From Octopus vulgaris (taxonomy: Eukaryota), in the NCBI GenBank assembly GCA_951406725.2, contig OX597816.1, forward strand, positions 69,130,001 to 69,194,000: DNA of 64,000 nt, read 5' to 3'. Below are positions 1-11,495 of this stretch, piece by piece. The notes below the pieces were generated by a model. It did not search any database, was not told the DNA's origin, and saw only the letters and a list, made by a program, of their open reading frames with translations. The stretch's first letter is position 1; each line of letters begins with the position of its first letter. Both the position numbers and the translations under genes were made by a program.

Positions 1-2622
1 TGCCTATCAATTTGATATAAACTGAAAGTCAAGTATTAATATAATATTCCAATATTAAAGACACTTCAACTATCATATTTCTGTATAAGGTGAAATTCTA
101 TAAAGGAAAAGACCGATATAAAATAGACACTCAAGGGGTTAGTTTAATTTCTAAAATTTATTTTAAAATTCCAGATCAGTTATGGTATCAGTAAAAAGAT
201 TAATTACAATGTTTCAAATTGTTAAGCTCAAACTATCATACAATATGCTTTAATTGTATATGCCCTTACTAATATGAAATTCTGCAATATTTTAAATTTA
301 TTTTTGTATAAACTAACATATAATACATCTCGTAGTTTCAACTGAGAAACATACTTAACTGGGCCGAAAGAGTAAGTAAATATACTCTTCATAATAGTAT
401 ATTAAATTGTAAGTCGTATAAATATTATTTGGTTATAAACCACATTATACAACATATGTCTTGAATATCTCTATTATATTTCACTTATCAAAACTTCTAG
501 CAAGAATACTTTCAATAGCAGACATCATTCCTGGAAAATATATTCAAAATGGAGATTATATTCGTTTTATTTATGACATTATAAAATGGTTTCCAGTCTT
601 TTATATATTTTCATGAATCTGCTTTAGTTTAAGTATATATACTCAATGGTATTAATGAATATTTGAATATTCAAAATCGCATGCTTACTCGTCCACAAAA
701 GTGTGCGAATATATGAGTGTGCACGTACTCAGTTCTGCTTTAACATGAACATAAAACGCTTCGTATTCTTCGGTGACTTCTTTCGAAGGTTAGTCATTTC
801 GCTTTTCTTTTAATAATCTTAGTAACAGATTTATTACCAGAATCTAAATTGAAATGTAGTAGCATGTTTCATGCGTTTAAAATATCAAAGGCTTTAGCAA
901 AAAATGACAAAGTCGATAAAGTTTTTAACTGCTTGGTGTTGGATCGTGGGTTCAAATCTGCATCACATATAAACACCAGGGGTGGAAGTTTTATATTTTC
1001 CCTTTACTGATATCTCTTGGAAATAGCAACTACATATCTAATGATGTATCTAATATATGCTTACATCATAAATAATAGACGCGCTTCATATTTTGTAGCT
1101 TTAAAATTTTCAGCTTTTTTTTTCATATTTGTTTTATAGTAGTATTTTATTGTCCTGTTTCTTTTTTATGCATGAAGTTATACTGGCGTTACTATGGCTT
1201 TTTCAGTTTCGGTGAGTACCATATGATTTGTTTAGATATTATCACAAGAATTTTGAATAGTCATCGTTAAAATTATAAGTTCACATTTCAGTTTGCGACT
1301 TTATGGTTTGTTTGTTTATATTAGAATTGTAGAATTTAAATTGTTATACGTGTTGTATTCTGTCATTAATTATCTATTGGTCTAGGGAATTCTAATGTAT
1401 ATTGACGAGTTATACACAAGTATTTTCGTTTCCATACTTAATTTTGTTTGTGCTGTATAGTATGTAATAATCCCGTGTAAATGCAGTGGGTAGTAGCAAC
1501 ATAGTGTTGAAATCGCGAATATAACTTTCACATTTGCTGTAGAATTTATAAATCACATTGAGTGCGAGGAACGTATTTACACTTTTACATGTCTGCAGTT
1601 TCCTTTTGTAGTATATTATTCAAGTTAATTTATAGTTTAATGCAATTCATTGTTCTTTTTGTTTTCTGCTATTATTTATGATATGTTTATATATTCTATT
1701 GTTCGTCTGCATTTGATTTATATATTCTAGTGTGGCTGGTGTGATATGATTTCAATCGGTGCGATATCTAACGTATCTAGTATTTTGTTTATGTCTCTGT
1801 TGCAGACTGGCAGAGTGTAATATATTTTTAGACTAGTTTTTCATTGATTTAGTGTTTGTTTATTTTCGACTATTTCTTTATTTAGAGATTCGCTTGTGAA
1901 AGAGATTCTAAATGTTCTGATAGAGGATTTAATACCGATATTTTGTATGCGTATGAATATTAATTCCCACTACGTAAGTAATTGTTAAATATCTGACTGA
2001 AATGGAACGAAACGGCGCTTTCCAATTAGGAAGCTGGTTTTCAGTCATCGGAGATAAAGTGTGATACTGTCATAGAGAACATCATTTACAAATTGATTCT
2101 AAAAATAACGGGTCAGTTCGACCTGTTACTTCTTTTCGATTTACAGGCCAATCGTTAACACTCCGTGCTGATGACCATTCCATCTAACATCTGTTTTCAA
2201 TTTTGCTCAATGAAAAATTGTTAATATTTTGTCTACATAGGGATAGCATAACTGTGCTAGATTTCTTTAGTAATATTGCCTATGCTTTCATATTCACACA
2301 TTGATAAATGCCATGCCGTAGGTGTGAAAGTCTACCAGTTTCGAACACACGTAAAAGAAGAACGATGATTGAAGCGCTATCAACATTTCTCATAAAAACT
2401 AATTGGTAACTTTCGTCCCAAAATTTAGCGGTTCGTAAAAAGAAATGAAACTAAAAGTACCAAGCTTTTGAGAATAATAAGTATTTGCATCGATTCGTTC
2501 GACTAAAACGCTTTCAGAATGTGACACATCATAAACGCAGTCTGTTGACTGAGGCAATAAAAGATGAAAGATATTATATATATATATAATCAAAATAAGC
2601 AACAGCTATATCTTAGGTAATT

Positions 2623-2706
2623 TGGTACAATCGTTTCATGCTACTTCATTTTATTAAACATTGTAGGTATTACATCAGTTTTAAAATGTTTAGCAATCTT
2701 CAGCCA
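2623..2706 (-). ncRNA. Minimal type I hammerhead ribozyme motif (inverted copy)
   Basis: Reverse complement reads tgg-CTGAAGA-ttgct...agcat-GAAAC-gatt-GTA-cca. Confidence 0.65.
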
Positions 2707-2735
2707 TTGTCCGTTTGATGGAAGACTTCTATAAC

Positions 2736-2819
2736 TGGCTGAAGATTGCTCAACATTTTAAAACTGATGCAATACTTACAATGTTTAATAAAAGGAAATA
2801 GCATGAAACGATTGTACCA
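2736..2819 (+). ncRNA. Minimal type I hammerhead ribozyme motif
   Basis: tgg-CTGAAGA-ttgct[long loop]agcat-GAAAC-gatt-GTA-cca. Core boxes intact, stem I tgg/cca, near-palindromic stem III ACGATTGT. Confidence 0.65.
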
Positions 2820-2970
2820 AATTACCTAAGATATACTTGTTGCTTATTTTGATTATAATCACCCCATGTATTTATATGGGTGATACCATACAAAATTCTG
2901 GTGCCTCTGACTTAAGTACCATATTCATCTGAATCTAAATTTTCCTGAACTATATATATATATATATATA

Positions 2971-3402
2971 AACAAAATAGCTAGTCATAAAATCTTAAGA
3001 AGAAATGAAGTAGTAACGTGCACTAAACAGTAAAGCGAGTAGCCCAAACAAAGTTTCTACTAGTTTAACCTCAGACGGATAACTATATATTTTGCCGGTT
3101 GCAAATCAGTGACCGATGGTCACTTTGTTTACAATATATCGCTGGCAGAAGCTGATCTCAGCTATCACTCCACTGCGCGGGTGTGCGCGTCTGATGTGAG
3201 CCAAAGCGTTCGAAACTGGCCGGTCCCATCATCCTGTCAGTTCTTGGGGGTTAGTTGTTTTTCGCTCCCCCTACAAACGATATATTGTATATAAATGGTG
3301 AAGAAAAAGATTTGAAAACCAGCTGGTTGAGAATCCGCCTGCGGTTAAAGTAGTACTAACATTTATCTGCCACTTTGATGTTGCTACTCGCTTTACTGTT
3401 TA
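2971..3402. mobile_element. Fold-back Penelope-like element, family shared with 44345-44674
   Basis: IR ends taaacagtaaagcgagtagc (3024) / gctactcgctttactgttta (3402). 53 bp unpaired tail at 2971-3023. (TA)n on both sides. Degenerate hammerhead CTGATGT-gagc..gttc-GAAAC-tggccg-GTC at 3191-3225. Confidence 0.65.
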
Positions 3403-3429
3403 TATATATATATATATATAAACATATAT

Positions 3430-3700
3430 ACAATTTTTTTTCTTAATGATATAAAAAACCAAGGCTGTGTAGATTTTAAGACATTTATAGATAGGTCTTA
3501 CAGCTGTTTCCAGGATATTTATTATATCCATCGGAGACGTTGTGAGAGGAGTGTTAAGAAATAGTTAACTTAGATAACATATAAGATAGAGAGTGAGGTG
3601 GAGGAAATAAAAGAATGTAGATGTGAAATATGTTGGGATATTGCATTTTTAGATCCATTATTTAGGCAGAATGGTATAGATATATGATTCCAATACCTTA
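3430..3700 (-). mobile_element. Penelope-like 3' remnant with degenerate hammerhead (boundaries approximate)
   Basis: Minus strand 3495-3538: gtct-ccgat-ggatat aataa atatcc-tg-GAAAC-agct-GTA-agac. Stem I gtct/agac, palindromic stem III ACAGCTGT, first core box damaged. Runs toward the TA tract at ~3401-3430. Confidence 0.5.
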
Positions 3701-4178
3701 TAAGTAAAATCCATTAATATTTAAAATTAGTCATTCCAGGTATAGAGTTTATACACAGTGGTAATGAATCAAGGGTTTTATTCAAATAAATCTCACTCCA
3801 CGTTTTTTAATATTAAATTATTAAAATTCTATTCACCGATATCGGGCAGATGAAAACATATATAATGACAACTGGAACTTCACAAGTGTTCAGCACTGAT
3901 GTTGAGGAAGACTCATCAATAAACATTAATTCGAAAACAATTTCCAGAAAAATTAATCCATATGGAACTAAAGCGCTGTACGCTTGGTTGAAATGATTTC
4001 CTGTGAAAGTGCAACCTCTTTCCATTCGAAAATTATATATGTATTTATACAGGGTGCGTAAGATATTTGAGGACAGGTTTATGTTTATAAAAACAAAACC
4101 AGATATATAATAAGAGATAGTAACTTTATTTATCAAAAAATACTATGAGGATAAAAATAAACCTTCTTTTCTATAATG

Positions 4179-5589
4179 TTATTCAATAAAATCACCTTCA
4201 ACTTCAGTAACTGCTTCTATATGAGATCTAAATCATCTACACGCCGGAATCAGGTGCTCCTGGTTCATTTTAGACATTATTCTGACTATGGCGGCTTTCA
4301 AAGAATCGTTGGTGTTATGGGCATATTCATTGACCTCTCTCTCAACAACGTGCCACTTGTAATTGTCCAATGGGTTGAGATCTGAGAAATTAGGAAGCCA
4401 AATGTTAGGGGTTATGTGATCATGAACATTTTCAGCCATCTATTCTGGTATTACTAGAGCCATGTGTGACAGTGCAGAGTCCTACTGAAACACATTTGGC
4501 CTTCCATTGCATACAATGTCTATCCACGTCACAACAATTGTATCCAGGACCTCAATGTAAGCGGCCGAGATAACTCTAAGGCTTTGTGGAACGACGTACC
4601 GAGGCATCACAAGTCCTCCATTGCTGACAACTTCTAAAACCATGACAGCTGCACCAAATTTTGTATATATAACACTTGGAAGTTCAGAATGGTTTGCACA
4701 TAGCCATACTCTCTTTTACACTTTAACTTGTTTCAGTCATTTGACTGCGGCCATGCTGGAGCACCGCCTTTAGTCGAGCAATTCGACGCCAGGACTTATT
4801 TTTTGTAAACCCAGTACTTATTCTATCGGTTGCTTTTTGCCGAACCGCTAAGTGACGGCGACGTAAACACACCAGCATCGGTTGTCAAGCAATGCTAGTG
4901 GGACAAACACAGACACACAAACATATATATATATATATATATACGACGGGCTTCTTGCATTTTCCGTCTACCAAATCCACTCACAAGGCTTTGGTCGGCC
5001 CGAGGCTATAGTAGAAGACACTCGCCCAAGATGCCACGCAGTGGGACTGAACCGGGAACCATGTGGCTGGTAAGCAACCTACTTACCACACAGCCACTCC
5101 TACTGTTAAGTTTTTGATCTCGGTCGAATTTTTTCTTATTTGAGAAAGACTAAGTCAAGTCTTCTTCTAGTGGATGTTTCAATTTGTTTAAGATCTTTTT
5201 AGATCTGATGTAGTGGTTTTCTTTTGCTTTCTTCGTCATATAAGAGTTATATCTGATGTCTTCGTGGACAAATTTCTGACTGTTCCTTCTGACACATGAA
5301 GATCTTTTCCAATTGACCTCATGGACTTTCTGGGATTGAAATCTATCGTCTGTTAAACTTGCTGGATAAATTCAGTTTTTTTTATGATTTCAGAGCATTT
5401 AGAGTGCGTTTTAAGCTTCGATTCAGGTGATACGTTTCTATCTTCAGACCCTGACTCATTAAGAACTTTGTAGACAAAAGATCTGGCAAAATTTAAAAGT
5501 CCAGATATTTCTAAATCGCTATGCTCATACTTTATAACCACAATAACAGCATGCCTCTTCATTTCTGAAATGAGCCAAGGGTCTGCCAT
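4179..5589 (-). pseudogene. DD37D transposase pseudogene interrupted by a SINE
   Basis: Fragments FSNKKKFDRDQKLN (FSDEK motif), TKFGAAVMVLEVVSNGGLVMP, FQ*DSALSH...WLPNFSDLNPLD. I counted 37 residues between the 2nd and 3rd D. In-frame stops and frameshifts. Confidence 0.9.
4709..5103 (-). mobile_element. SINE family A (tRNA-derived head, CORE-like cttgggcaagtgtctt box, internal (TA)n)
   Basis: Reverse complement of the full copy at 63082-63500. Splits the transposase between QKLN and WLC. Confidence 0.9.
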
Positions 5590-5679
5590 TATTATTTTCT
5601 GAAAAAAGATTATACAAATATGCAAGAATGACCCAAAAATGTATGTCCTCAAATACTTTACGCAACCTGCAAAATGTGA

Positions 5680-5855
5680 CCGCGATTCTTTCCTCCGTCT
5701 TCTCTTCCTTGGATCTTTCCTTTCCTTATGTTTCTGACGAAGAGCTCCGCTCGAAACGTCGAATCCTCCTTTCTTTCCTCAGCGTCCAATAACACCATAC
5801 CTGTTTCACGTCCTCGTGTTGTGTTATCTCTTTGTGTTTTCATGTTTGGATTAAC
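5680..5855 (+). mobile_element. Short hammerhead-bearing repeat (Penelope-like 3' end) abutting (TA)n
   Basis: Clearly alignable to 26941-27120. Both end ...catgtttggattaac before a TA/GATA tract. Confidence 0.7.
5730..5764 (+). ncRNA. Minimal type I hammerhead ribozyme, intact core
   Basis: gttt-CTGACGA-a-gagc tcc gctc-GAAA-CGTC-gaat. Stem III is only the palindrome ACGT, so it can form only in a dimer. Confidence 0.7.
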
Positions 5856-6339
5856 TATATATGTGTGTATATATATATACCAGAGATAGCGCAAAGTATA
5901 TATATATATATATATACCAGAGTAAGCGCAAAGTAAGCACCGGAGATAGATAGGTAAGATAGATAGGTAGATATCTCTCTAGTAAAATGCTATGTCTATT
6001 ATTCTTCTTTGCAATATTACCTTTTATTGTAGCTGAAATACTACGCTGATCATATCAGGATATGAAAAAGGAACGAAATAAATTTGAAACTTCTTTTAAA
6101 GTTTGCTGCAACGACATGAATAAAATATTGCATCCAGAATATATCTTGAATTTAACCCGACAGACTACTGTTAGCACATCATACCTTTTTGCTGCAACAT
6201 TGATAAGCATACGAATTCCCACTTACGCAACTACTAAATAACTCTCGGTAAGAAGATGAGTAGGGAAAAGAAATAGCAGTAAAAAAAAAATTCTAGTAAA
6301 ATTGACATGATTATTAGATATTTCCATGCCAGCAGGTAG

Positions 6340-6695
6340 GATAATGTCTAATATATATATATCTCTCTCTCTATCTATATATCTATCTGTCTATCATTTG
6401 ACAATGAATCTATATATCTGTCTGTCTATTTATCTATCTATCTATCCATATCTATCTAACTGTCTATCTATTAATCAATCAATCAATCAATCTATCTATC
6501 GACCGATCAATATGTGCATCTTCTTTGTAATTATATAGGAACTCTGTATCTGTGTGTGAGCATAAAACATATATGTATATACATATGTGTGTGCGTTCGT
6601 GTGTGTGTATACATATATATATGTGTGTGTGTGTCTCTCTCTCTCTATATATATATACATATACACACATATATGCATATGAATACACACACACA

Positions 6696-6728
<33 letters not shown>
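6340..6728. repeat. Compound microsatellites (ATCT)n, (ATCA)n, (TG)n, (TA)n
   Basis: Direct inspection. Confidence 0.95.
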
Positions 6729-6731
<3 letters not shown>

Positions 6732-6905
6732 GATAAGAAAGTTTGTTTGGTAAAGCACGTGGGTGAATATATAAGAAAATAGTAAAGTGTGAAAAAACGA
6801 CAGAAGGCTTAAATGTTAAAAAATATATATATTTGTGTCAAAATGTCTGGAGAATATTGGAAAAATGTTTTTCCTTTCCTTAAAATGACATAATTTTAAA
6901 ATTTC

Positions 6906-7004
6906 GGATCATCAACGCAAATGAGACTGAACAAGGAAACATTCTTCATTGAAAAGTACAAACCCAGACTCAACCATCCGAACATACTGACACAGAGAAA
7001 TTAA
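6906..7004 (+). pseudogene. C-terminus of Penelope-like GIY-YIG endonuclease
   Basis: GSSTQMRLNKETFFIEKYKPRLNHPNILTQRN* matches the R..E..FI....P.LN motif that ends PLE GIY-YIG domains. Confidence 0.7.
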
Positions 7005-7139
7005 CAAGGGAAAGGGAAAAAAAATTTTAAGCGATTATCTCCCTTACACCGGAAGAAATCACTCACTACCTCCCCTTATTTAGAAATCTCCTGAAAATAA
7101 ACACAACGATAACTCCATGCAATATAAACATAACGTCAC

Positions 7140-7179
7140 AAGAAATTTGAAAAGCTACACGCGAAACCGGTAATTTCTT
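7140..7179 (+). ncRNA. Degenerate hammerhead motif
   Basis: aagaaat-TTGAAAA-gc tacac gc-GAAAC-cg-GTA-atttctt. 7 bp stem I, palindromic ACCGGT, two substitutions in CTGAAGA. Confidence 0.55.
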
Positions 7180-7330
7180 TAAAAATTTTAAAATTATGTC
7201 ATTTTAAGGAAAGGAAAAAAATTTTTTCCAATATTCTTCAGACATTTTGACACAAATATATATATTTTTTAACATTTAAGCCTTCTGTCGTTTTTTCACA
7301 CTTTACTATTTTCTTATATATATATATATA

Positions 7331-7430
7331 TATTGGGTCATCCCATAACTAATGCGATATTTTTATATATCTATTTTTTTCAAAATTAAGATAAGCAAAG
7401 TTCGTTTTTTATCTAAAATATACACTCCTT
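7331..7430. mobile_element. mariner-type terminal fragment
   Basis: TA-ttgggtcatcccataa start resembles mariner TIRs. No partner TIR seen. Confidence 0.35.
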
Positions 7431-7578
7431 CAATTTGTTTTAAATGATCCCTGATGTTAAACTGTGTGTTGAAACACATATCGTATTTCGGGGTGGTCAT
7501 TTTTTTTTGTCAAATAAACACAAAAACTATATATTTGTTTTTCACTCGTTTATTCTTTTAGTTTAACTCATGTCCATT

Positions 7579-7621
7579 GTCCAGACATCTTTTGTCACAC
7601 ATCTGTGACCTCTTCAGTGAC
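7579..7621 (-). ncRNA. Degenerate hammerhead motif
   Basis: Minus strand gtca-CTGAAGA-g-gtcaca gatg tgtgac-AAAA-gat-GTC-tggac. GAAA box mutated. Confidence 0.45.
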
Positions 7622-8556
7622 ACTTTTCGTTTTCGTGTGTGCTCTTGTTCCACTTACTCCAGGCTACTCTTCTCTGTGTATCCTCATGTGCGCATGCGTT
7701 TGCGTTCGTGTTTGTGTGTGCATGAGTATGTATGCATGTGCATGTATATACTTCTGTGTGTGTGTCCTTGTTCTTAGCAGCAGTATGGCCTTCCCCGTAG
7801 CCCTATCCTCCTACCCCATTGTGTTCTTGCTGTCCTAGGAGACGAAAATTTGGAACAGTTTCTGTCTCTCTGTGTTTGTGTGTTCGCCAACGTTGTTGTC
7901 AACGTCGTAGAAGTTGTTGCTGTTATCGCCATTGTTGTCACCGCCGCTGCTGTTGTCATTTTAGTTATGTTGTTCATATTGTTTTGTCCTTCCATAAAGT
8001 TCTTGTCTGCGTGCATGGTTTCGCTTCGTATATTGTTTGTAGTCAAATCCTTTATATAGATTTATTTAGTTATTTGTTTATTTATTTTCTCTATCTCTAT
8101 TTCAATCACTATATCTTATATTTATCGCAGATATGTGACAAGTATATGTATATATTTGTCTATCTATTTAAGAATTTAATTTTTTATATATTTATCTACC
8201 TATATTTATATATGTGTCACGGGTATGTGCATATATGTCTGTTGTGAGTGTAAACCCTGCATCTGTGTATTATTTACATTGTTTGTCCCTTCTACAGAAG
8301 CTTCTGTCTAAGTAACGATACAGCCCATGTATTTACAGCCTTCACTAGATTCGGCCATTTAGCTTTGACTTCATTACCTTCCTTGTGATCTTCTGATGTA
8401 CTCCGTCTCAATTTTCGTTTTCATTTCATTTCATTTCTTTAAAGGTATTTTAATATGCTGCCACAATTTTGCTGAATTTTTTTTCTGTAAAAAAATGTCA
8501 TCCTATATTAATAGTATGTATATATATATATGTATGTATATATATATATATGTACA

Positions 8557-8924
8557 CTAGCTGTTGGACCCGGCGTTTCTCGTGTTTTCCGTGTTGAAGT
8601 TAAGCCCACCTCTGACCTTGTCAACTATTACCCATTAAGATGGTATATCTGGTTCGGCAGGCTGTTGCAGGATGAGTAGATGTGTGGCAGACGGAGGAAA
8701 AATGGTGACGAATTTGCTTCCATTCAAACGCCCGATTGATCTAAAAAAAATCGATGCCAATGGGGCATTATCGAGTTTTCTAAAACTTCCGGTCTTATTT
8801 GAACTTCAGGGCATGTGATCTACCTATGGGCCAAAGATCATTAAAACAGGTTGGACGGTGTTGGAGGAGGTAGACACACACACACACACACAGACAGACA
8901 CCACTACACATTTATGTATATAGA
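8557..8924 (-). mobile_element. Non-autonomous Helitron
   Basis: Minus strand starts A|TCtatatacataaatg, then (GTCT)n/(GT)n. Ends with a GC-rich subterminal hairpin remnant (cgagaaacgccggg) and CTAG|T. Confidence 0.75.
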
Positions 8925-9371
8925 TATATATTACATGTATGCAGTTATGTATTATGATGAATGCGAATTATAAAGTATGAATAGGAAAATGTTTATTTAT
9001 TGTAAAAGTTCAGACACCTGCTTCGATTTAGAATTACAAATTATCAGGAAGTAGCAACAATCACTTTCTCAATCATTATACTAAATCTGAACATTTGATA
9101 ACAAAAAAGCAACAGTCGTAAATTTGGTCGTGGTGGAATGATTGCTTGAATTCTGACAATGTAATATTTTTTTTTACAACTTTGGAATAAAATCAGAAGT
9201 TATACTTCTAACTTGGCACATCTATCTATCTGGAATTGGGTGAGTTTATATATATGTGTGTGTGTTTGCGAGTGAGTGTGTGTGTACACATATATACGTA
9301 GTACATACATATACATGTATATATACATTTATATACATACACGTCCATATATCTAATGTATCTATCTATCC

Positions 9372-9410
<39 letters not shown>

Positions 9411-9416
<6 letters not shown>

Positions 9417-9752
9417 TAATAAGGGTAGAAATTGATATTAATCGATTAAAACCGGTGGCTTAGCGTATTTAAAAAATCTGAAGATTAAAAATTGTGTTAC
9501 ATACAAAGATTAAGAGGAATGACCACTGACGTGGATACCTAATATGCTAAACATAGACGTCAAATCGCCATTACCACGAAAAGTGTGTTCTCACGAAAAA
9601 TATCAGCAACACGCCAAAATGTAAAAAATGAGCAAGGCATTTTTACATTTTGGCGTTTTGCTTAAAACACACTCTTCGTGGTAATGGCAATTTGACGTCG
9701 ATGTTTAGCATATTAGGTACCCACTTTAGCGGTCATTCCTCTTAATTTTTGT
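9411..9752. mobile_element. Fold-back element with one-sided tail (probable Penelope-like)
   Basis: Arms 9503-9589 / 9666-9752 plus inner stem acgccaaaatgtaaaaa / tttttacattttggcgt. ~92 bp tail at 9411-9502 abuts (TA)n. Tail is related to 55590-55686. Confidence 0.65.
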
Positions 9753-9772
9753 TCTCTCTCTCTCTCTCTCTG

Positions 9773-9810
<38 letters not shown>

Positions 9811-11204
9811 CACACACACACACATATACATATAATTGTATATCTATGTATGCTTTGCGTCGAACTATGCGTATTCATATTAATTCGAAGTTATAATTGC
9901 ATTACTGGAAGAATTATAGAAGTGAAAAAAAAAGCACAGAAAAAACCACACGGATATTTGCTTTTGTGTGACAACCATTTTCTAGTGGCTTCTAAAGAAG
10001 GTTGATTCTGGCTTTCTGTGAATTATGAGTAAGGCTCTTTTAAAATTGTCAATTCAAAATAACGCGATGGAATTGTTAGTTGCTGAATGGTTTTGTTTTC
10101 TTGTGGAGAGTTACTGTTACAGTCTGTTAATTTCTGTTTTATGCAGATTCTGCTATGTAACAGTAATATCGATGATCGTTTACTTATAGGGAACGTCAAT
10201 ATTCTTTCTTGTTCTGTTTAGGTATAACCGTTTTTAGAAAGAAAATTCTGGAGGATTATAAACGACAAAAGTTTATGATAGACATTAGCAAACTTATGTT
10301 TTGGCAGTAAGAAAGACTGTTTCAATCTCTTGTATGTAGAAAACATGGTAGTATGCTTCCGTATATGAACGATAAAACACGATGTATTAATAAGAGTTGA
10401 ATGCTTAAATTTAATAAGTAGTGCGACTCACTGTGCCATGGAATGATAGTCCAGTTTGCTTAGTCTGTCCATTATAGGTAAAATATATCATAATACTTTT
10501 ATTCTTGAATTTGCACAGAAAATGCCTTCATTCCAGAAAGATAAAAATCACTAGAAATGGAACTGCATCCTTGCCTAGTTCAAAATCCTCGAAGATTACC
10601 TTCCCATATAGAAATGTTCCATTCTGAAATTAAAGAATATGAATAAATTTATACCAGGTGTAAGTAATTCTGTATTAGGATATCTATGAAAGCTATAAGA
10701 ACACTTTTCTACAGAGGTGTCTCTTGGTTTCAAAGGCGATCTTTTATTCCACGTCTCTATAGTGAGTTACGACGTGACTAAAATCGCAAAGTCGCGTCCA
10801 AACATTTATCTTCGAGGCGCTTAAAAACCATACATCCAAATATATCCCATTTTTGCAAAACGAAAGCCTGGAAATTTCAAGTCTTATAAAAGGCCACACT
10901 ATGGAAAAAAATTCATAAACTTAATAGGAGTCTTCAAAAATATTTTTTGTTTTAAATTTGAGCGCCACTATCAATTTAATTACCGCCAATATTTTGGACA
11001 TGATCCTAGACCAGACAGTGCTATCTCTAATATACACTCTTTATTTTCGAGGAATTCTAATCCGATCCCCGGCTGTAATCATTAACTTGGAAATCAGTAT
11101 CACTAGAATATCTCGGCTATCCTCAAATAGAAATACTGTTTATGGAATTGCATGTGCACCTATTTACAATAAAGTATTGACCAGACTTGACCATAACTAG
11201 AAAC

Positions 11205-11208
11205 AACG

Positions 11209-11249
<41 letters not shown>

Positions 11250-11495
11250 GTTATGAGAAGTATTATCCGACAATTGATAGTTTCAGGCAGATTTCGACTA
11301 CATCACCTGCGACACCCGCGTGTTGCTGAGGTTTGCTCAGCATTGTGTTCATTGTTGTTGTTGTTATTATTATTATTATTCAGAATAACAACGAAAGAGA
11401 ATTGATTAAACACGTTTCCATATAACGAAGGTAAATACGCAATAAGAACAATGCGATACGGATTTTACTAAATACAGATAGACTGTGTTCATTCC
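11205..11495. repeat. Two-module repeat separated by (ATT)n tracts, copy 1
   Basis: agaagtattatccgacaattgatagtttcagg...gctcagcatt-(ATT)n-agaataacaacgaaag...aaatacagat. Repeated at 17210-17477. Confidence 0.85.

Larger units (their letters stand above)
2585..2950. mobile_element. Fold-back Penelope-like element remnant (inverted pseudo-LTR plus one-sided tail) between (TA)n tracts
   Basis: Inverted arms ~2585-2706 and ~2736-2856 (tggtacaatcgtttcatgct / agcatgaaacgattgtacca). Unpaired ~94 bp tail at 2857-2950. TA tracts on both sides. Each arm carries a hammerhead motif. Confidence 0.7.
4050..5669 (-). mobile_element. Tc1/mariner superfamily DD37D (maT) DNA transposon, decayed
   Basis: TIRs cagggtgcgtaagatatttgaggaca (4050, preceded by TA) and tgtcctcaaatactttacgcaacctg (ends 5669). 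Internal transposase remnants. Confidence 0.9.
6729..7321. mobile_element. Fold-back Penelope-like element with GIY-YIG C-terminal remnant
   Basis: ~138 bp inverted arms 6767-6904 / 7183-7321. ~38 bp unpaired tail at 6729-6766. (TA)n on both sides. Spacer holds the ORF end and a degenerate hammerhead at 7140-7179. Confidence 0.8.

Noticed and set aside
7444-7495. Plus-strand hammerhead-like CTGATGT...GAAAC...GTA
   Set aside because: Stem I does not pair next to the cleavage site and the core is altered.
7774-8247. Thr/Val/Cys-rich ORFs
   Set aside because: They come from degenerate (GTT/GCT)n trinucleotide sequence with no domain signature.
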